NCBI GenBank assembly: GCA_964016885.1
Contig: OZ024746.1
Coordinates: 90,954,001 to 91,018,000 of the forward strand
Origin: Eledone cirrhosa
Lineage: Eukaryota
DNA: 64,000 nt
Reading direction: 5' to 3'
The notes under the pieces were generated by a model. It saw only the letters and a program-made list of their open reading frames with translations, was not told the origin of the DNA and made no database searches. Below are positions 11,733-25,338 of this stretch, piece by piece. Positions within the stretch are counted from its first letter, which is position 1; each line of letters opens with the position of its first letter. The position numbers and the translations under genes were made by a program.

Positions 11733-13339
11733 TGTTTCAATAAAACACATCGTAATTATTTTATACAAAGAGTCTTTCTTCAAATATTCTTATTCCTCTC
11801 AACTGCTTTTTTCCCTTCACTCCACCCACTTCCATATTCAAATTTTGATGGAATCCCTTATTGCTTTCACCACTACAACTTTCAAGCACTTCCATGCGTT
11901 GTGAAACCTTCTTCTCCAACATCTATTAATGACAAGCTAATTAATGTTTAATGATAATAAAATGCAGACGTTTCATTCCCACCACCACCACCATACCCCA
12001 CCTGACTCACCCCCAACACTTTATTCCAATTATCCACTATCCATTCTCATCTCATGTTGATGTTATCACCTTTATAAAAGTGATTAGAAATAACTTTACT
12101 AACTCTTACTGGAAATACTATATATGAATACAATGAAAATTGCCTTCGGGAAATTTGGCTTCGTCTACTTAGCTAAAATATACTTCAGCCTCCAGCTACT
12201 TATAATACAGAGCAAGACCCTAATTTGCCTAACGATAGAATTTTCTTCGTATATAATGAATAGTAAATTCTCTCCTACTACCTGTGAGTATTGTCTATCT
12301 TCAATTCTTTCTTTACAGGTACCTTCCAACGTTTAAGTGTGCCATTTCTCTCCCTCGCTTATTTTATGCTCCAAGACACTGACTTTATAAAACTTCCTTC
12401 CATCTCAATAACTCGTCCTTGTTTATTACTCCCTGTTGGACATATCTTTAGAAAAGCTAGCAGAAAAACCACCGTTCCGGTGGTTTTCTGCTAGTATGTG
12501 TAGTGTGTATATTGATATTATACGCAAGTATATATGCATGTAGATATTATACATCAAATAAAATCGTAATTGACAATATACACAGAAATTGAACGAAGAC
12601 TGTGTTACACTGTCTTATGTGATCAGTAACATAATCCATGATACATTAAAAAAAGACGATATTATACATAAACTGCATTAGGAGAAAATTAGTGACAGAA
12701 ATATATGACTATTTATTTAAACGATCACTAACCGGAAGTGTTGATATTTGGAAGTTTTAAAGAAGTGAATCTTTAAATAAGTAATAAAATATATTTAATG
12801 AACAGCCACGAAATTTAGTAGATAAATTATGTAATATTCATTCATTATTTATTCAAAGTAATCCAACTTATTTTACTAAGGGGATAACAAAAATTATAAA
12901 CCGTACGCAGTCCCGCGCTTCTTACTTTATTATAGTTTAGATAATTTAAACAGTATAATTGCATTTTTTTCTCCAACGCATTTCTATGAGACTTTAACCT
13001 TTCCAGTATATAACCTGACAGTTGTCTATAAGAAATTAAACTGTTTGTAACTAGTTTACATTGGAAGGCCCCCGAGAAAGCCCTGCTACCACCTTTAGCA
13101 AAATAAAAAATAAATAAAATAAAAAACATAGATGAGCCAGCAAGGGGTCCCTCTATGATAGCACTTGATATACTAGAAGCAGCAGTCAATTCTTCTTCAT
13201 AATACATCAAGCAGTGTAGTGTGTAGTCCTATATCCAAAAGAAGGGACTGTCGAAGCTGGAATGACGTTGATCGAACACAGCTCTACTGAATCCCATGGC
13301 TCACCTTCGGTTAAACAACAGAGTCTTTGACATAGTCTA

Positions 13340-13530
13340 ATAATGGTTTCTACTTTAGGCACAAGGCCAGCAATTACTCAGTACATTACTGGTACTTTAT
13401 TTTATCGACCATGTAAGGATGAAAGGCAAAGTGAACCTCGGCGGGATTTGAACTCAGACTATAAAGGGGCGTAACTCTAGGCTGCAAAGCATGGCGTCCG
13501 ACCTTCTACCGATACTGCCAATCCCAGCTA
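13340..13530 (-). mobile_element. tRNA-derived SINE; related copies at ~14735-14905, 18730-18955, 23140-23265, 32312-32560, 38140-38348, 38494-38830, 42680-42795, 44680-44848, 63060-63190
   Basis: Shared core gagttcaaatcccgccgaggt..actttgcctttcatcc..gtcgataaaataaagtaccag with a B-box. Confidence 0.8.
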
Positions 13531-13674
13531 ATAATGGTTTTCATTTAGGCATAAGCCCATTTCCTCTCCAGGATTGAACTGAACCGACCTTTTCCAAAGA
13601 AGGAAAGAGAAAGAGAGAGGAAATGAGAAAAAGAAACACAAAAGAACTGTATTTGACTGGTACTTTACTTAACC

Positions 13675-14240
13675 GAAGTTGGTGGTACTTTATTTGACCA
13701 ACATTGGAAGGACAAAAAGCGAAGTTGGTGGTACTTTATTTGACCAACATTGGAAGGACAAAAAGCGAAGTTGGTGGTACTTTATTTAACCGACATTGGA
13801 AGGACGAAAAGTGAAGTTGGTGGTACTTTATTTGACCAACATTGGAAGGACAAAAAGCGAAGTTGGTGGTACTTTATTTAACCGACATTGGAAGGACGAA
13901 AAGCGAAGTTGGTGGTACTTTATTTAACCGACTTTGGAAGGACGAAAAGCGAAGTTGATGGTACTTTATTTAACCGACATTTTAAGGATGAAAAGCGAAG
14001 TTGATGGTACTTTACTTAACCGACATTGGAAGGACGAAAAGTGAAGTTGATGGTACTTTACTTAACCGACTTTGGAAGGACGAAACGCGAAGTTGATGGT
14101 ACTTTATTTAACCGACATTGGAAGGACGAAAAGCGAATTTGATGGTATTTTATTTGACCGACTTTGGAAGGACGAAAAGCGAAGTTGGTGGTACTTTATT
14201 TAACCGACATTGGAAGGACGAAAAGCGAATTTGATGGTAC
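13675..14240. repeat. Tandem repeat, 46-bp unit x~12, derived from SINE body
   Basis: Unit gaagttggtggtactttatttgaccgacattggaaggacgaaaagc; the last unit continues into SINE sequence. Confidence 0.9.
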
Positions 14241-15210
14241 TTTATTTGACCGACTTTGGAAGGACGAAAAGCGAAGTTGATCTCGGTGATGTTGGAACTG
14301 AGAAGTTAAAGCTCCCTTGCTGGAGACTGCAAGCTATTTTATCCGATGCTAAACGTTTGGAAAATTTAGTGTAATTGTTACGTTTATAGATTTCAAGGCA
14401 TTTTTGTATTCCACTGTCTGATTATAGTAAAAAGAACAAAACAGTTATCTTGTGTTTATTATGCAGAATATCATTTGATAAAACAAAGTTTAATATTGAA
14501 TGTATAGTCGAGAGAACATCTGGAATATTCCCAAAAGGAGATTTGAGCTGGCGTGAGCCAATGTAAATAGTGGTCTTCTTTTTCCGTTTTTCTTCGCACT
14601 AATTTAACCAACTCGAAGACAATCATGAAACTGGATTTGATTATGAATATGGAACATAGACTAATCTTGTTTATTTATTAACTAGTTGGCCCCGTGCCGT
14701 CAAAAATGGCGGCTAATTGTAATAATCTATATATAATTGTTTCTACTTTTGGCACAAGGCCAGCAATTACTCAGTGCATTACTGGTACTTTATTTTATCG
14801 ACCCGGTAAGGATGAAAGGCAAAGTTAACCTCGGCGGGATTTGAATTCAGACCTAACTCTATGCGTCAAAGCATGGCGTCCGACCCTCTACCGATACTGC
14901 CATTCCAAAAAAGAGATATTTATTTGTTTATTTGTTGATTGGTTCTTCGCACTCACTCACACAAGTGATGCAAACATGCAAATGCACAGCTATAACGAAT
15001 CTTCGAACGCTGGACTTCTATAGTTTCTCACCACCCCCTCCTTCCTCAGTCATTACGTAGATGTGTGTCTTTGTAATCATTATTTTTTACTAAGTGTGTT
15101 TGTTTATATATATGTATGTGTAGATTTGTGTGTGTTTGTAATTCTATTGTCTATGTATATTTCTAAATAAACACATCCAAATACATATGCACTCACACAA
15201 ATAGTATATA

Positions 15211-15897
15211 CTAGCTGAATTACCCGGCGTTGCCCGGCTTACTGCTGTTCTTAGTCGGTAGACAATAAATATGAAAATACGTTTTTTTTTTCTCATAATT
15301 ATTTCAAAATATCTATATTTTATTTTTTTTTAAATATCAAAATTGTAATGATAATAGAATTTAGAAATGAAAATCTGTAAATCTTGAAGCACATTAGGGT
15401 AAACAACATTCATTGTGTAATTTTTTGTTGGTGTCTAAATGAATAAATTGTTGCTACACACTCACACACATACACTCACATACATATACTAAGACAGACA
15501 CACACAGACATACATTCACGCAGACACACGCATAGCTTTTCACCTAATCTTCTTGACAGTCGCCACATATGTATATATATATATGTGTAGATGTGTGTGT
15601 GTGTGTGTGTTTGATAACGTACCTAATGAACATGCGCACACACACACACACTCACAGACACATACACACTCATATACAAAATGACATCGTTGTTTGTTTT
15701 AATCCAATTGAAAATAAAAATTATCACGCATACATACACTCACACCCACGTACACCTACACATACATACACTCACACATACATACACTCACACATACATA
15801 CACTCTCACATACATATACTAAAACAGACACACTCACACTCACCTATTCATTCACACTCACCTATTACTTGTCAGTCAACACATGTAGCTGTATTTG

Positions 15898-15956
<59 letters not shown>

Positions 15957-16480
15957 AATTGTCTGTGTGTGAAGATATTGTGTATGCAACTTATTAAGGC
16001 TATATGTATGTATAGATGTGTGTGTGTGTGATTAATTCTCTGAGGCCTAATATTAAAATAAAAATTATCACACACACACACTTGCACATACTCTCACATA
16101 CATATTCTAAGACAGACACACACAGACATGCATTCACGCACACCTATTACTTGTCAGTCAGCACATGTATATGTATGTATAGATGTGTATGTGTGTTTAA
16201 TTCTCTGAGGCCTAACGTACATAACGAACTCGCAAACACACACTCACAGACGCATACACACTCATATACAAAATGTGACGTCGTGGTGGTGGTGTTGGGT
16301 TACCTTAGTTCACTATAGAAATGTTACTTTAGATAAAATATTATATTGTTTTAATCCAAATGAAAATAAAAATTACATGTTGACACTCCCGGGGTCTAAT
16401 ACCTTGTAACATTGTATTTGACTTGGTCCAGCCGTTTGAGAATGCATAGGAACAGACAGACAGACAAAGAATTTTCTATG
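15211..16480 (-). mobile_element. Non-autonomous Helitron-like element
   Basis: ctagctgaattacccggcgttgcccgg is a reversed Helitron 3' end; homologous to 34858-35800. Confidence 0.7.
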
Positions 16481-17600
16481 GAGAGAGAAACACACATATA
16501 CACACACAAAAACACTCACATAATCATAACAGCCAATGTGTGGAGCCAATTCGCTATACACATACACACACACCACTTCCTTCCTCAGTTGACGTAATCA
16601 CCCCTTCCTTCATCAGTAATCTCTACTGAGTTACGGACAAATACACACAGCTATTATGTTAGATGTTTATTAACACCAGGTATTTATTCAGTCGAAGTTC
16701 AGGTAACTGCTGCCTTTCACGAAAGGAAATTTATTCAAAACGTCCACAGCGGATTGGAATTTATTGTACTATCGATTCTTATATGTATAAGTGGTCCGAT
16801 AATTCCCGAGTGGTAGGGACACCATATTAACATGCGGCGTTTCTAGGCCACTTTTAAACCTGACAGAGCCCAGTCCTCTCTAGGTCTAAATACAGCAGAT
16901 TTCTTTCAAAATAAGGATAAAGAGAGAATAGAAATGAGAAAGACATATATAGAGAGCGAGAAAGAGATATAGAGGAAAAATCGATCCTAGTATATGACTG
17001 GCACTTTTTATTGACCTCGAATGTGTGAAAGACAAAGTTGACTTAAGACTCTTACATATTGAATCATTAATATTGTGATTCTTTTAATAATACAATTAGT
17101 ACCTATATAAAATATCATTGCATAAAGATACGCGTAGTATTTACATAAAGACGATTTCCCCGCCACCTAGGAAGAGTTAGATAATGATGAAAGCCTAGTT
17201 TCTCGACACAAATATATTTTCTTTTAAGAGAATTATCGGGAAACAGAAAAAAAACTGTGATAGCCTGCTTGGGCAAACATTGTTTAGCTAGTTTGCAACC
17301 GATCTGATAACGCCACTCTATAATTTCCTCAATCTCAAACGAAGAGCAAAAGCCCGAAACGTTAGATTATTTACTCCACGCGGCAATTGAACCTAGAAAA
17401 TCTAGATGGGCTGTTTTAAGCATAGAATCACCTAACAGGGGTCTACATATGTCTCTCTTATGTCTACCTCTGTAACTGTGTTAGACGTGTCCACGTGATA
17501 GGATTAGACTGACAGCTAACGAGCTTGATGACAGAAAAGAGAGTGACAGTAATAAACCCTTCCAACAAATGACACATAGATTATTAACTCGGGAGATAAC

Positions 17601-17645
<45 letters not shown>

Positions 17646-17757
17646 GTGTGCGTATGTGTAAATAAAATTGTATGTGTGCATATATATATATATTATGCAC
17701 ACATAATTTTATTCATATATATATATGCACACATATAATTATACCTATATATATATT

Positions 17758-17836
<79 letters not shown>

Positions 17837-17945
17837 GGTAAACAGAAATACAACACAATCGGTACAGTATATAGAAGGTATATATTAGGTTAACGCAGGA
17901 AGAGGGTCTTAACGTTTCGGAGGCTAGTGTGTGCATATGTATAGA

Positions 17946-17977
<32 letters not shown>

Positions 17978-19537
17978 CATACAAACATATATGCACTCAT
18001 ACATTTATTCATTTATATATATATTAACGGAGAGAGAGAGATGCGGATGATTTGATACATGAATATATTTACATGCACAAACATGCAATTTTAAATGCGG
18101 CACATGACTAGATAGAGAACCAGTTAGACAGATATAATAAGAGAGAGAACGACAGGTGGTTAAATATAATATTACTAACCATTGTAATATAGTAACAGAG
18201 AGAAGGACAGGTGTTTAAATATTACTAACTATTGTAATATAGTAAGAGACAGAAGGACAGGTATTTAAATATTACTAACTATTGTAAGAAACAAGGACAG
18301 GTGTTTTAATATTACTAACGGTCGTAATGTCACGTTAGTTTGATCCCCGGGGGCACGGTGTGACCCTGATCAAGACATATTTCACGTTATGCCAGTCTGA
18401 TGGTGTGTGTTGTACCTGGAAGGGCCAGTCATGTCACATTCGGTGTCACGCTGAATCTCCCTGAGAACTACAGTAAAAGTACGCGTGTTTATGGAATGGT
18501 CAGCCACTTGCATGTTAATTTCACGAACAGGAACAATCATCGTCGTAATCGACGGAGTGCCAGTTAATTACTAAACGTTGTCTGTAATGGAGGCATTAAT
18601 ATTTGATGAGGCCACAACAAAGAGGGACCTCCTCAAGGTTTCTCTATACAGCTATTGTTTCACACTTGTCCAGCATTATGGCAGAAAGGGATACGGCATT
18701 CATAATCAATAGAAATCAATATAATTTATAAAGGCGGGCGTTTTGGTAGTAATCGGTGGAGCGTCGGCCAGCAAGCTTTGTGGCATGTAGCTACGGCCCT
18801 TTACGTTCTGAGTTCAAATCTCACCGAGGTTAGCTCTGCCTTTCATCCTTACGGGGTCGATAAAATAAAGTACTTGTAACACACTGGGGTCGAATTAATT
18901 GACCTCCCCTTCCCTTCAAATTGCTGGCCTTGTGCCTAAATCAGAAATCATTATTACAGTGAATTAGCAGAATCGGTTGAGCGTCGGCCAACATGCTTTG
19001 CGGCATGTATTTACAGCTCTTTACTTTCTGAGTACCAGTAACACACTGGGTCGAGTTAGTTGACTTTCTCCCCTTCGCTTTAAATTGCCGGTCTTCTGCC
19101 AAAAGTAGACACAAATATTTACCAGACCAACGTGTTGGTTCACTGTTGATTCAATCAAGACTCTGCACGTGTAATTAACGTGCTACTGGCCAGGTATTCC
19201 GCAGACATGTTTATATCTAACGTGATTCATCATGACACAACCAACATTTTGTATTACTGGTACAATTAATTTTTGCCAGCTGAGTTCACTCGAGTAACGT
19301 TGAATAAAGAGTCTTGCTCAAAGACACAACAAACCAAATCAAACTGATGAACGTATGGTCACAAGCTTTAACACACTAACCACAAAGCCACCTTCATATA
19401 TGAACAATACAGTTAATGAAATCTTTTTGACAATTGTCATTTAAAACCGACAATTTAATATCTATTTATAAAGATTGATGACAACAATACTACATATATT
19501 GATCTGACAAATCGAAGAGTCTAATATAAAACAATGA

Positions 19538-19620
19538 AGGCGCGTGGCTTAGTGGTTAAGAGTTGGATTTGCAATCGTGAGGTTATGAGTTCGATTCCCG
19601 GGTCAGATGGTGGGTCGTTT
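19538..19620 (+). mobile_element. tRNA-derived SINE head, second family; related at ~47570-47682 and 60420-60745 (minus)
   Basis: A-box tggcttagtgg and B-box gagttcgattcc; no full cloverleaf. Confidence 0.7.
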
Positions 19621-19929
19621 ATTTCATGTCCTTCTACCGGGAGTTGCGACTGGTAAACAGTATCAGTAATTGGAAAAAAACAATGGAAACATTGTTTTGT
19701 TGGTTCGATCACTCGGTAAATGAATGAGATCTGGGATGTTATCGGTTAGGTTCAATATACAACAACCGGCGTATCAATCACCAATCATTATATTGTCCTA
19801 TAAGTTTCTCTTGTAAGTTTGGTCTTGTCAACACCCAGAACCTCTGCACAATCTAGTGGGATGCAGCGATGGCAGGAAGGCCAAGGAAATGGTGGAGTGG
19901 TGACGTCAGATAATAAATGACGGAAAGAA

Positions 19930-20530
19930 CGATGGTAGAGTGGGCGGCAAGGGAGATAAGCCAGTAGGGAGAATGGCGGTAGAGTCTACGGTAGTGGCAA
20001 GGGAGATAAGCTAATAGAGAGTACGATGGTAGAGTCTACGGTAGTGGCAAGGGAGATAAGCCAATAGAGAGTACGATGGTAGAGTCTACGGTAGTGGCAA
20101 GGGAGATAAGCCAATAGAGAGAACGATGGTAGTGTCTACGGTAGTGGCAAGGGAGATAAGCCAATAGAGAGTACGATGGTAGAGTCTACGGTAGTGGCAA
20201 GGGAGATTAGTCAATAGAGAGAACGATGGTAGAGTCTACGGTAGTGGCAAGGGAGATAAGCCAGTAGAGAGAACGGTGGTAGAGCGCACGGTAGTGGCAA
20301 AAGAGAGAAGCCAGTAGAGAAAACATTGGTAGGGCGTACGGTAGTGACAAGGGAGATAAGCCAGTAGAGAGAACATTGGTAGGGCGTACGGTAGTGGCAA
20401 GGGAGATAAGCCAGTAGAGAGAACATTGGTAGAGCGCACGGTAGTGACAATGGAGATACGCCAGTAGATAGAACATTGGTAGGGCGTACGGTAGTGGCAA
20501 GGGAGATAAGCCAGTAGAGAGAACATTGGT
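19930..20530. repeat. Tandem repeat, 50-bp unit x~12
   Basis: Unit agagtctacggtagtggcaagggagataagccaatagagagtacgatggt. Confidence 0.92.
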
Positions 20531-21404
20531 GCAACTGTCCCCAATACTCAGAAATGCAACATTAAAAAGAAATTAGTGAATTTCCCCTCACTAATGGGAA
20601 CGGCGGCGTATTAGCAGAGTATCTCTTTCTCACTCGATTCTCTCCCTTTCTCTCCTTCTCTAGGAGAAATCTTCTCTGTTCAGACAGACCTGGAGATGGG
20701 CTCTTCCAGCTTTCAAAATTCCCTACAAAGGCCCTTATTATGTAATTCAAATCCCACTAAAGTCAACATCCATTCAAGGTATAAACCTTGTACTAGGTTC
20801 TTCCTCTATAGCTCTTTCTCACTTCCAGTCTCTCACTCTCTATTCTTCTCTGGAAGAAATATTCTCTGTTCAGACCTCCCCCTCCCCCTCCTACTCCACA
20901 CCCATCCCCCGCCGCTTACTCCCCCCACTTACTCCCCCGCCCCCACCACTTACTCCCCCCTACCGCTTACTCCACCCAACCCCCACCACTCACTCCATCC
21001 CACACCACCCACCACTTACACCACCCCACCTACCTAACCATTTACTCCACCCCACCCCACCCACCACTAACTCCACACCTCCTATTATTAGGGACCCGAC
21101 AGTACGTAACATTCACACTGCTCTAAAGTCTAAGAGGTATAAAGCAACATGATGTAGGTTTCAATAAAGAAGTGAAAGAAGAGCCATGAGCTGTTGAGAA
21201 ATGACCTTTGTCGAGTAATTATAGAAATTGTTTTAAAATTGGTTAATTAATAAGCAGGAGAAGCCGGAGTTCCTAATATCCTCCTGGTTTGATGTAATCC
21301 GCCAGATTCTAAAGAGAAGAATAACACTCCTTACAGCTAGCAATTAAAATGTTTCAAGTCTTACACGACGCCATTGACAATTTCACTCACTATAAACCAT
21401 GCGT

Positions 21405-21570
21405 CATGTGTGTGTGTGTGCTGGAATATGTATGTATATATGTATGTATATATGTGCGTGTGTGTGTGTGTGCTGGAATATGTATGTATATATGTATGTA
21501 TATATGTATGTATATATGTATGTATATATGTGCGCGTGTGTGTGTGTGCTGGAATATGTATGTATATATC

Positions 21571-21607
<37 letters not shown>

Positions 21608-22130
21608 GAATATGCATGTATATATGTATGTATATATATGTGTGTGTGTGTGCTGGAATATGTATGTATATATGTATGTATATATATATATATATATGCG
21701 TGTGTGTGTGTGTGCTGAAACATGTATGTATATATGTATGTATATATATATATGCGTGTCTGTGTGTGCTGAAATATGTATGTATATATGTATGTATATA
21801 TGTATGTCTAAGGTGAAAGTATGTATGCGTGTGCTGAAATATGTATGTATGTATATATATATGCGTGTGTGTGTGTATGTGTGGTGAAATATGTCTGTAT
21901 ATATGTATATATATATGTGTGTCTAAGGTGAAAGTATGTGTGTATGTATGTATGTATGTGCGTGTGTTGAAATATGTATGTAAGCATGTATGTATATACA
22001 TGTGTGTGTGTGTGTGTGGTGAAATATGTATGCATTTATTAAGTATGTATGTATATATGTATGTGTGCGCCTGAGGTGAAATTATGTATGTGTGTATGTA
22101 TATGTGTGAGTGTGTGTGTGTGTGTGTGTA
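21405..22130. repeat. TG/TA-rich minisatellite punctuated by gctggaata
   Basis: Direct reading. Confidence 0.85.
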
Positions 22131-22683
22131 CGTTAGTACATCCATACATCATATATATACACATAAAATCAACATTGTTTTTAATATCAAGGTTTGAAGT
22201 AAATATTTATGCTAACATTTCATTGCCACTCAAAGTCTACAGAAGACTGTAATATATTTACAAACTTAAGGATTTCTAACGTGGCTTTACTAATAAAAAA
22301 AAAAAACTTTAAGACGTAAGGCCAAGAAAGTTTGAGAAGCCGATTAAGTGAATCCCAGTACTTGACTGCTACTTTATTTTGTCGACCCTGGAAGAATATC
22401 CGGCAGAGCTGATCTCGATGGGATTTCATATTAAAGATTTAATGAGTCGGAACAAATATCTTAAAGAAAATTTTCAAAACTTTAATGATTCTGCCAACTC
22501 ACTCCTTCTCCGTCTCCTTTTTATTTTTTAGTTTTCTTATTTTATTATTTTTATTTTTCCTTATCCTTTTTTTTTCTTTTTCTTCTTTTTTGTTCTTTTT
22601 CTTTTTCTTTTTCTTTTTCTTTTTCTTTTTCTTTTATTCTTTTTTCTTTCTTCTTCTTCTTCTTCTTCTTCTTCTTCTTCCTG

Positions 22684-23092
22684 AGAGGGTCGTGGGAGAC
22701 AGTGTCCTCAAACATTCCTTATAGCGGGTCTTGTAAGAAGCAACCATCTCCAACTGATCCGGCAGGATTCCCAAGTCAGATCAGTTAAGCTCATGGATGT
22801 TTTCCACCCTGGATCTCTTGCCGGTTGGTTTTGCTTGTAAAATCTGTCCAGAGATTCTTTCCTGAGACATTCTAAGGACATGCCCATCATAGTATAGGAG
22901 CTGTGATCCCTCAATTCGGAGAAGTAGCAGCTCTACATAGAGTGGCTCTCTCATCTCCGAGCTACGCACCTTATCGTGTAACGTTACCCCAAAGATCCTT
23001 CGAAGGAATCCCATTTCGGTCGCTTGTATTCGCGATCAGATTCTTTCAGTCATTACCCAAGATTCATGACTATAGCTAAGGGTTGGTACAAA
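22684..23092 (-). mobile_element. RTE-clade LINE 3' fragment
   Basis: FLRRIFGVTLHDKVRSSEMRE..LRIEGSQL..GHVLRM..KPTGKRSR; GAA-rich tail. Confidence 0.85.
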
Positions 23093-23393
23093 TAGCGAAC
23101 TGAAGAAATATAATGTTAACATCAAATAAGGTTTGGGGTTGGAAGAATTGGTGATCCCCAGATAAAATGCCATTGTAGATATATTCTGGTTCTTTACATT
23201 CTGAGTTCAAATCCGAGGTCAACTTTGCCTTTCATACTTCCGAACTCGATATAATAAAGTACCGTTCCACAGAGTTTTCGTCTACCTATCAATTTATGTC
23301 ACTTATTCATCTACCTGTCTCAGTTCCTGTACTGTTTGAGGTTTCTTTTAACATAACTGTTGTCATTTTTGTAACACACATACTCACACACGC

Positions 23394-23494
<101 letters not shown>

Positions 23495-23501
23495 AATATA
23501 T

Positions 23502-24076
23502 AAAGAAAATTTTCGCTCTACATGGCTGAATACACTAAATGTAATCTGAGTTTTTCGAATATTAATAACAACACTCGATTCGTTTGCAATTATGCAAACA
23601 AGCCTCAATTTTATAGCCATGTCAGTAGAATGAACCCTTCATTCTTGCTTTTGTGTTGGCATGTAAACAGAACTTCAGACACTAATGTTTCTGGGTATCA
23701 CCCTTCATCAGTACAGCTCACTGTTCACCTGCCAACTGTCAGAGTTAGTGAAAATATATATTTTCTAAAATATACAGTGACTGATCGGCCTGATTTGCAT
23801 ATTAGCAGACTGGCTGATCAGTCAGATCTGCATATTAGCAGATCCACTGATCAGCCAGATTTGCATATCAGCAGACTGGTCAGTCAGTTTCCTGTATACG
23901 AGCGATACATGGCCGGATTTGCCAAATTCAAATTGGCAGGTGAACAGTGAGCTGTACTGATGAAGAGTGATACACAGAAACATTAGTGTCTGCAGTTCCG
24001 TTCACATGCCAACACAAGGGCAAGAATGAGGGGTTAATTCTACTGACATGGCTATAAAATTGAGGCTTGTTTGCAT
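23502..24076. mobile_element. Long-TIR fold-back (MITE-like) element; right arm cut by L1/Tx1 insertion
   Basis: 23592-23736 inverted at 23933-24076; an arm copy also lies at 32571-32752. Confidence 0.85.
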
Positions 24077-25003
24077 CGAATGTGCTCAGGTGCTCACAGC
24101 CCTCTGGCAGTCGGACCCGGCGATCAGTGGAGACTCCACTCCCTCATTCTATAGAGGGTTGGTCCCCAACAAATGCGATGATGCGCTCGGAGAATCTCTA
24201 GGCGTAGAGGAAGACGAACTGGCCAGTCTGTTCGGTAGGACCTTCCGCCCGGGACCGATGGACAACTTCCAAAAGTCCTTGGCCTGGCAGTGCTACCGAG
24301 GAGCTCTACCAGTTCGAGACAAGCTCTACAGACACGGGCGCCCGGGAAGGGACCCCTCGAAAAAGATCTGTCCGAGATGCGTGCGAGACGAAGAAACCGT
24401 CGCGCACGCATTCGTACACTGCCCGGGCGTTACCGACCTGTGAGGCTATGTAGAACGACTATTGTCGCGGGTGGGACCAATCCGGTTGACCACCGAGTCC
24501 ATCGTCATGATCAAACCGCCGTGGAGAGGCGGTTTTCCTTCGTGTGATAGCTATGGCGAAAGAGGTTGTATGGTGGACGAGGTTAAAAGGGCTGAGGTCA
24601 GACACCTTTCTCTCCGGCCAATAACTGATTCTTTTTTTCAAATACCACTTTAGAAGAAGAGTCAGGATGGAGAGAGAGGTGCTGTACCCCAGCAAGTTTT
24701 ATGAAAGGTGGGTGAATGTGGCGAGAATAGCCCGAGTGAATGGGCCTTCTCTCTATATCAGCCTGTAGGTTGAGCAAAAAGAGGAAGAGAGGAAAGGGGT
24801 ACTCACTCTTCGTACTCGTGGAGATGAGGGTTGCACATTTTTTCGGGGGTATGTGTTACCCATATGTAATGTCTCCCCCTATTGGGGAAAATCGATTAAT
24901 TTTTAAATTGCCTTTGTGATAGTATTTTACACGTTTTTATTATATGTAAACTTCCCCCTTTGTATTGTCCCCTTCTTTTGTGCCCCTGTGGCTAATAAAG
25001 AAA
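24077..25003 (+). mobile_element. L1/Tx1-clade LINE 3' fragment (zf-RVT-like region plus 3' UTR)
   Basis: FQKSLAWQCYRGALPVRDKL..CPRC..EETVAHAFVHC; ends ggctAATAAAgaaa plus simple-repeat tail. Confidence 0.8.
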
Positions 25004-25087
25004 CATATCTATCTAACGTATTTATGTATCTATCTATATCTATCAATCTCTATCTATCTATATCTATGTGTATATATATATATATAT

Positions 25088-25274
25088 AAAAGGAAAAGAA
25101 TGACTTCACTTCTAGTTCTAAACAATTTAATTTAACTTTATAATATAATTTTACAAAGCTAAACTGTAAAATTATATTATTATAAAATTAAATTAAATTA
25201 TTTAGAACTACAAGTGAAGTCATTCTTTTCCTTTTTTTAAATATACCTAACTCTACCAAGGATTTCACACATTT

Positions 25275-25279
<5 letters not shown>
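25088..25279 (+). repeat. Second palindrome-plus-tail element (148-bp AT-rich hairpin) within (TA)n
   Basis: aaaaggaaaagaatgacttcactt...aagtgaagtcattcttttcctttt followed by a ~45-bp tail. Confidence 0.85.

Positions 25280-25337
<58 letters not shown>

Positions 25338-25338
<1 letters not shown>

Noticed and set aside
12845-13210. 121-aa ORF as a possible host exon
   Set aside because: Contains a T-rich low-complexity stretch and no recognisable motif; splice support is unconvincing
19538-19620. tRNA gene
   Set aside because: A and B boxes are present but there is no proper acceptor stem; better explained as a SINE head
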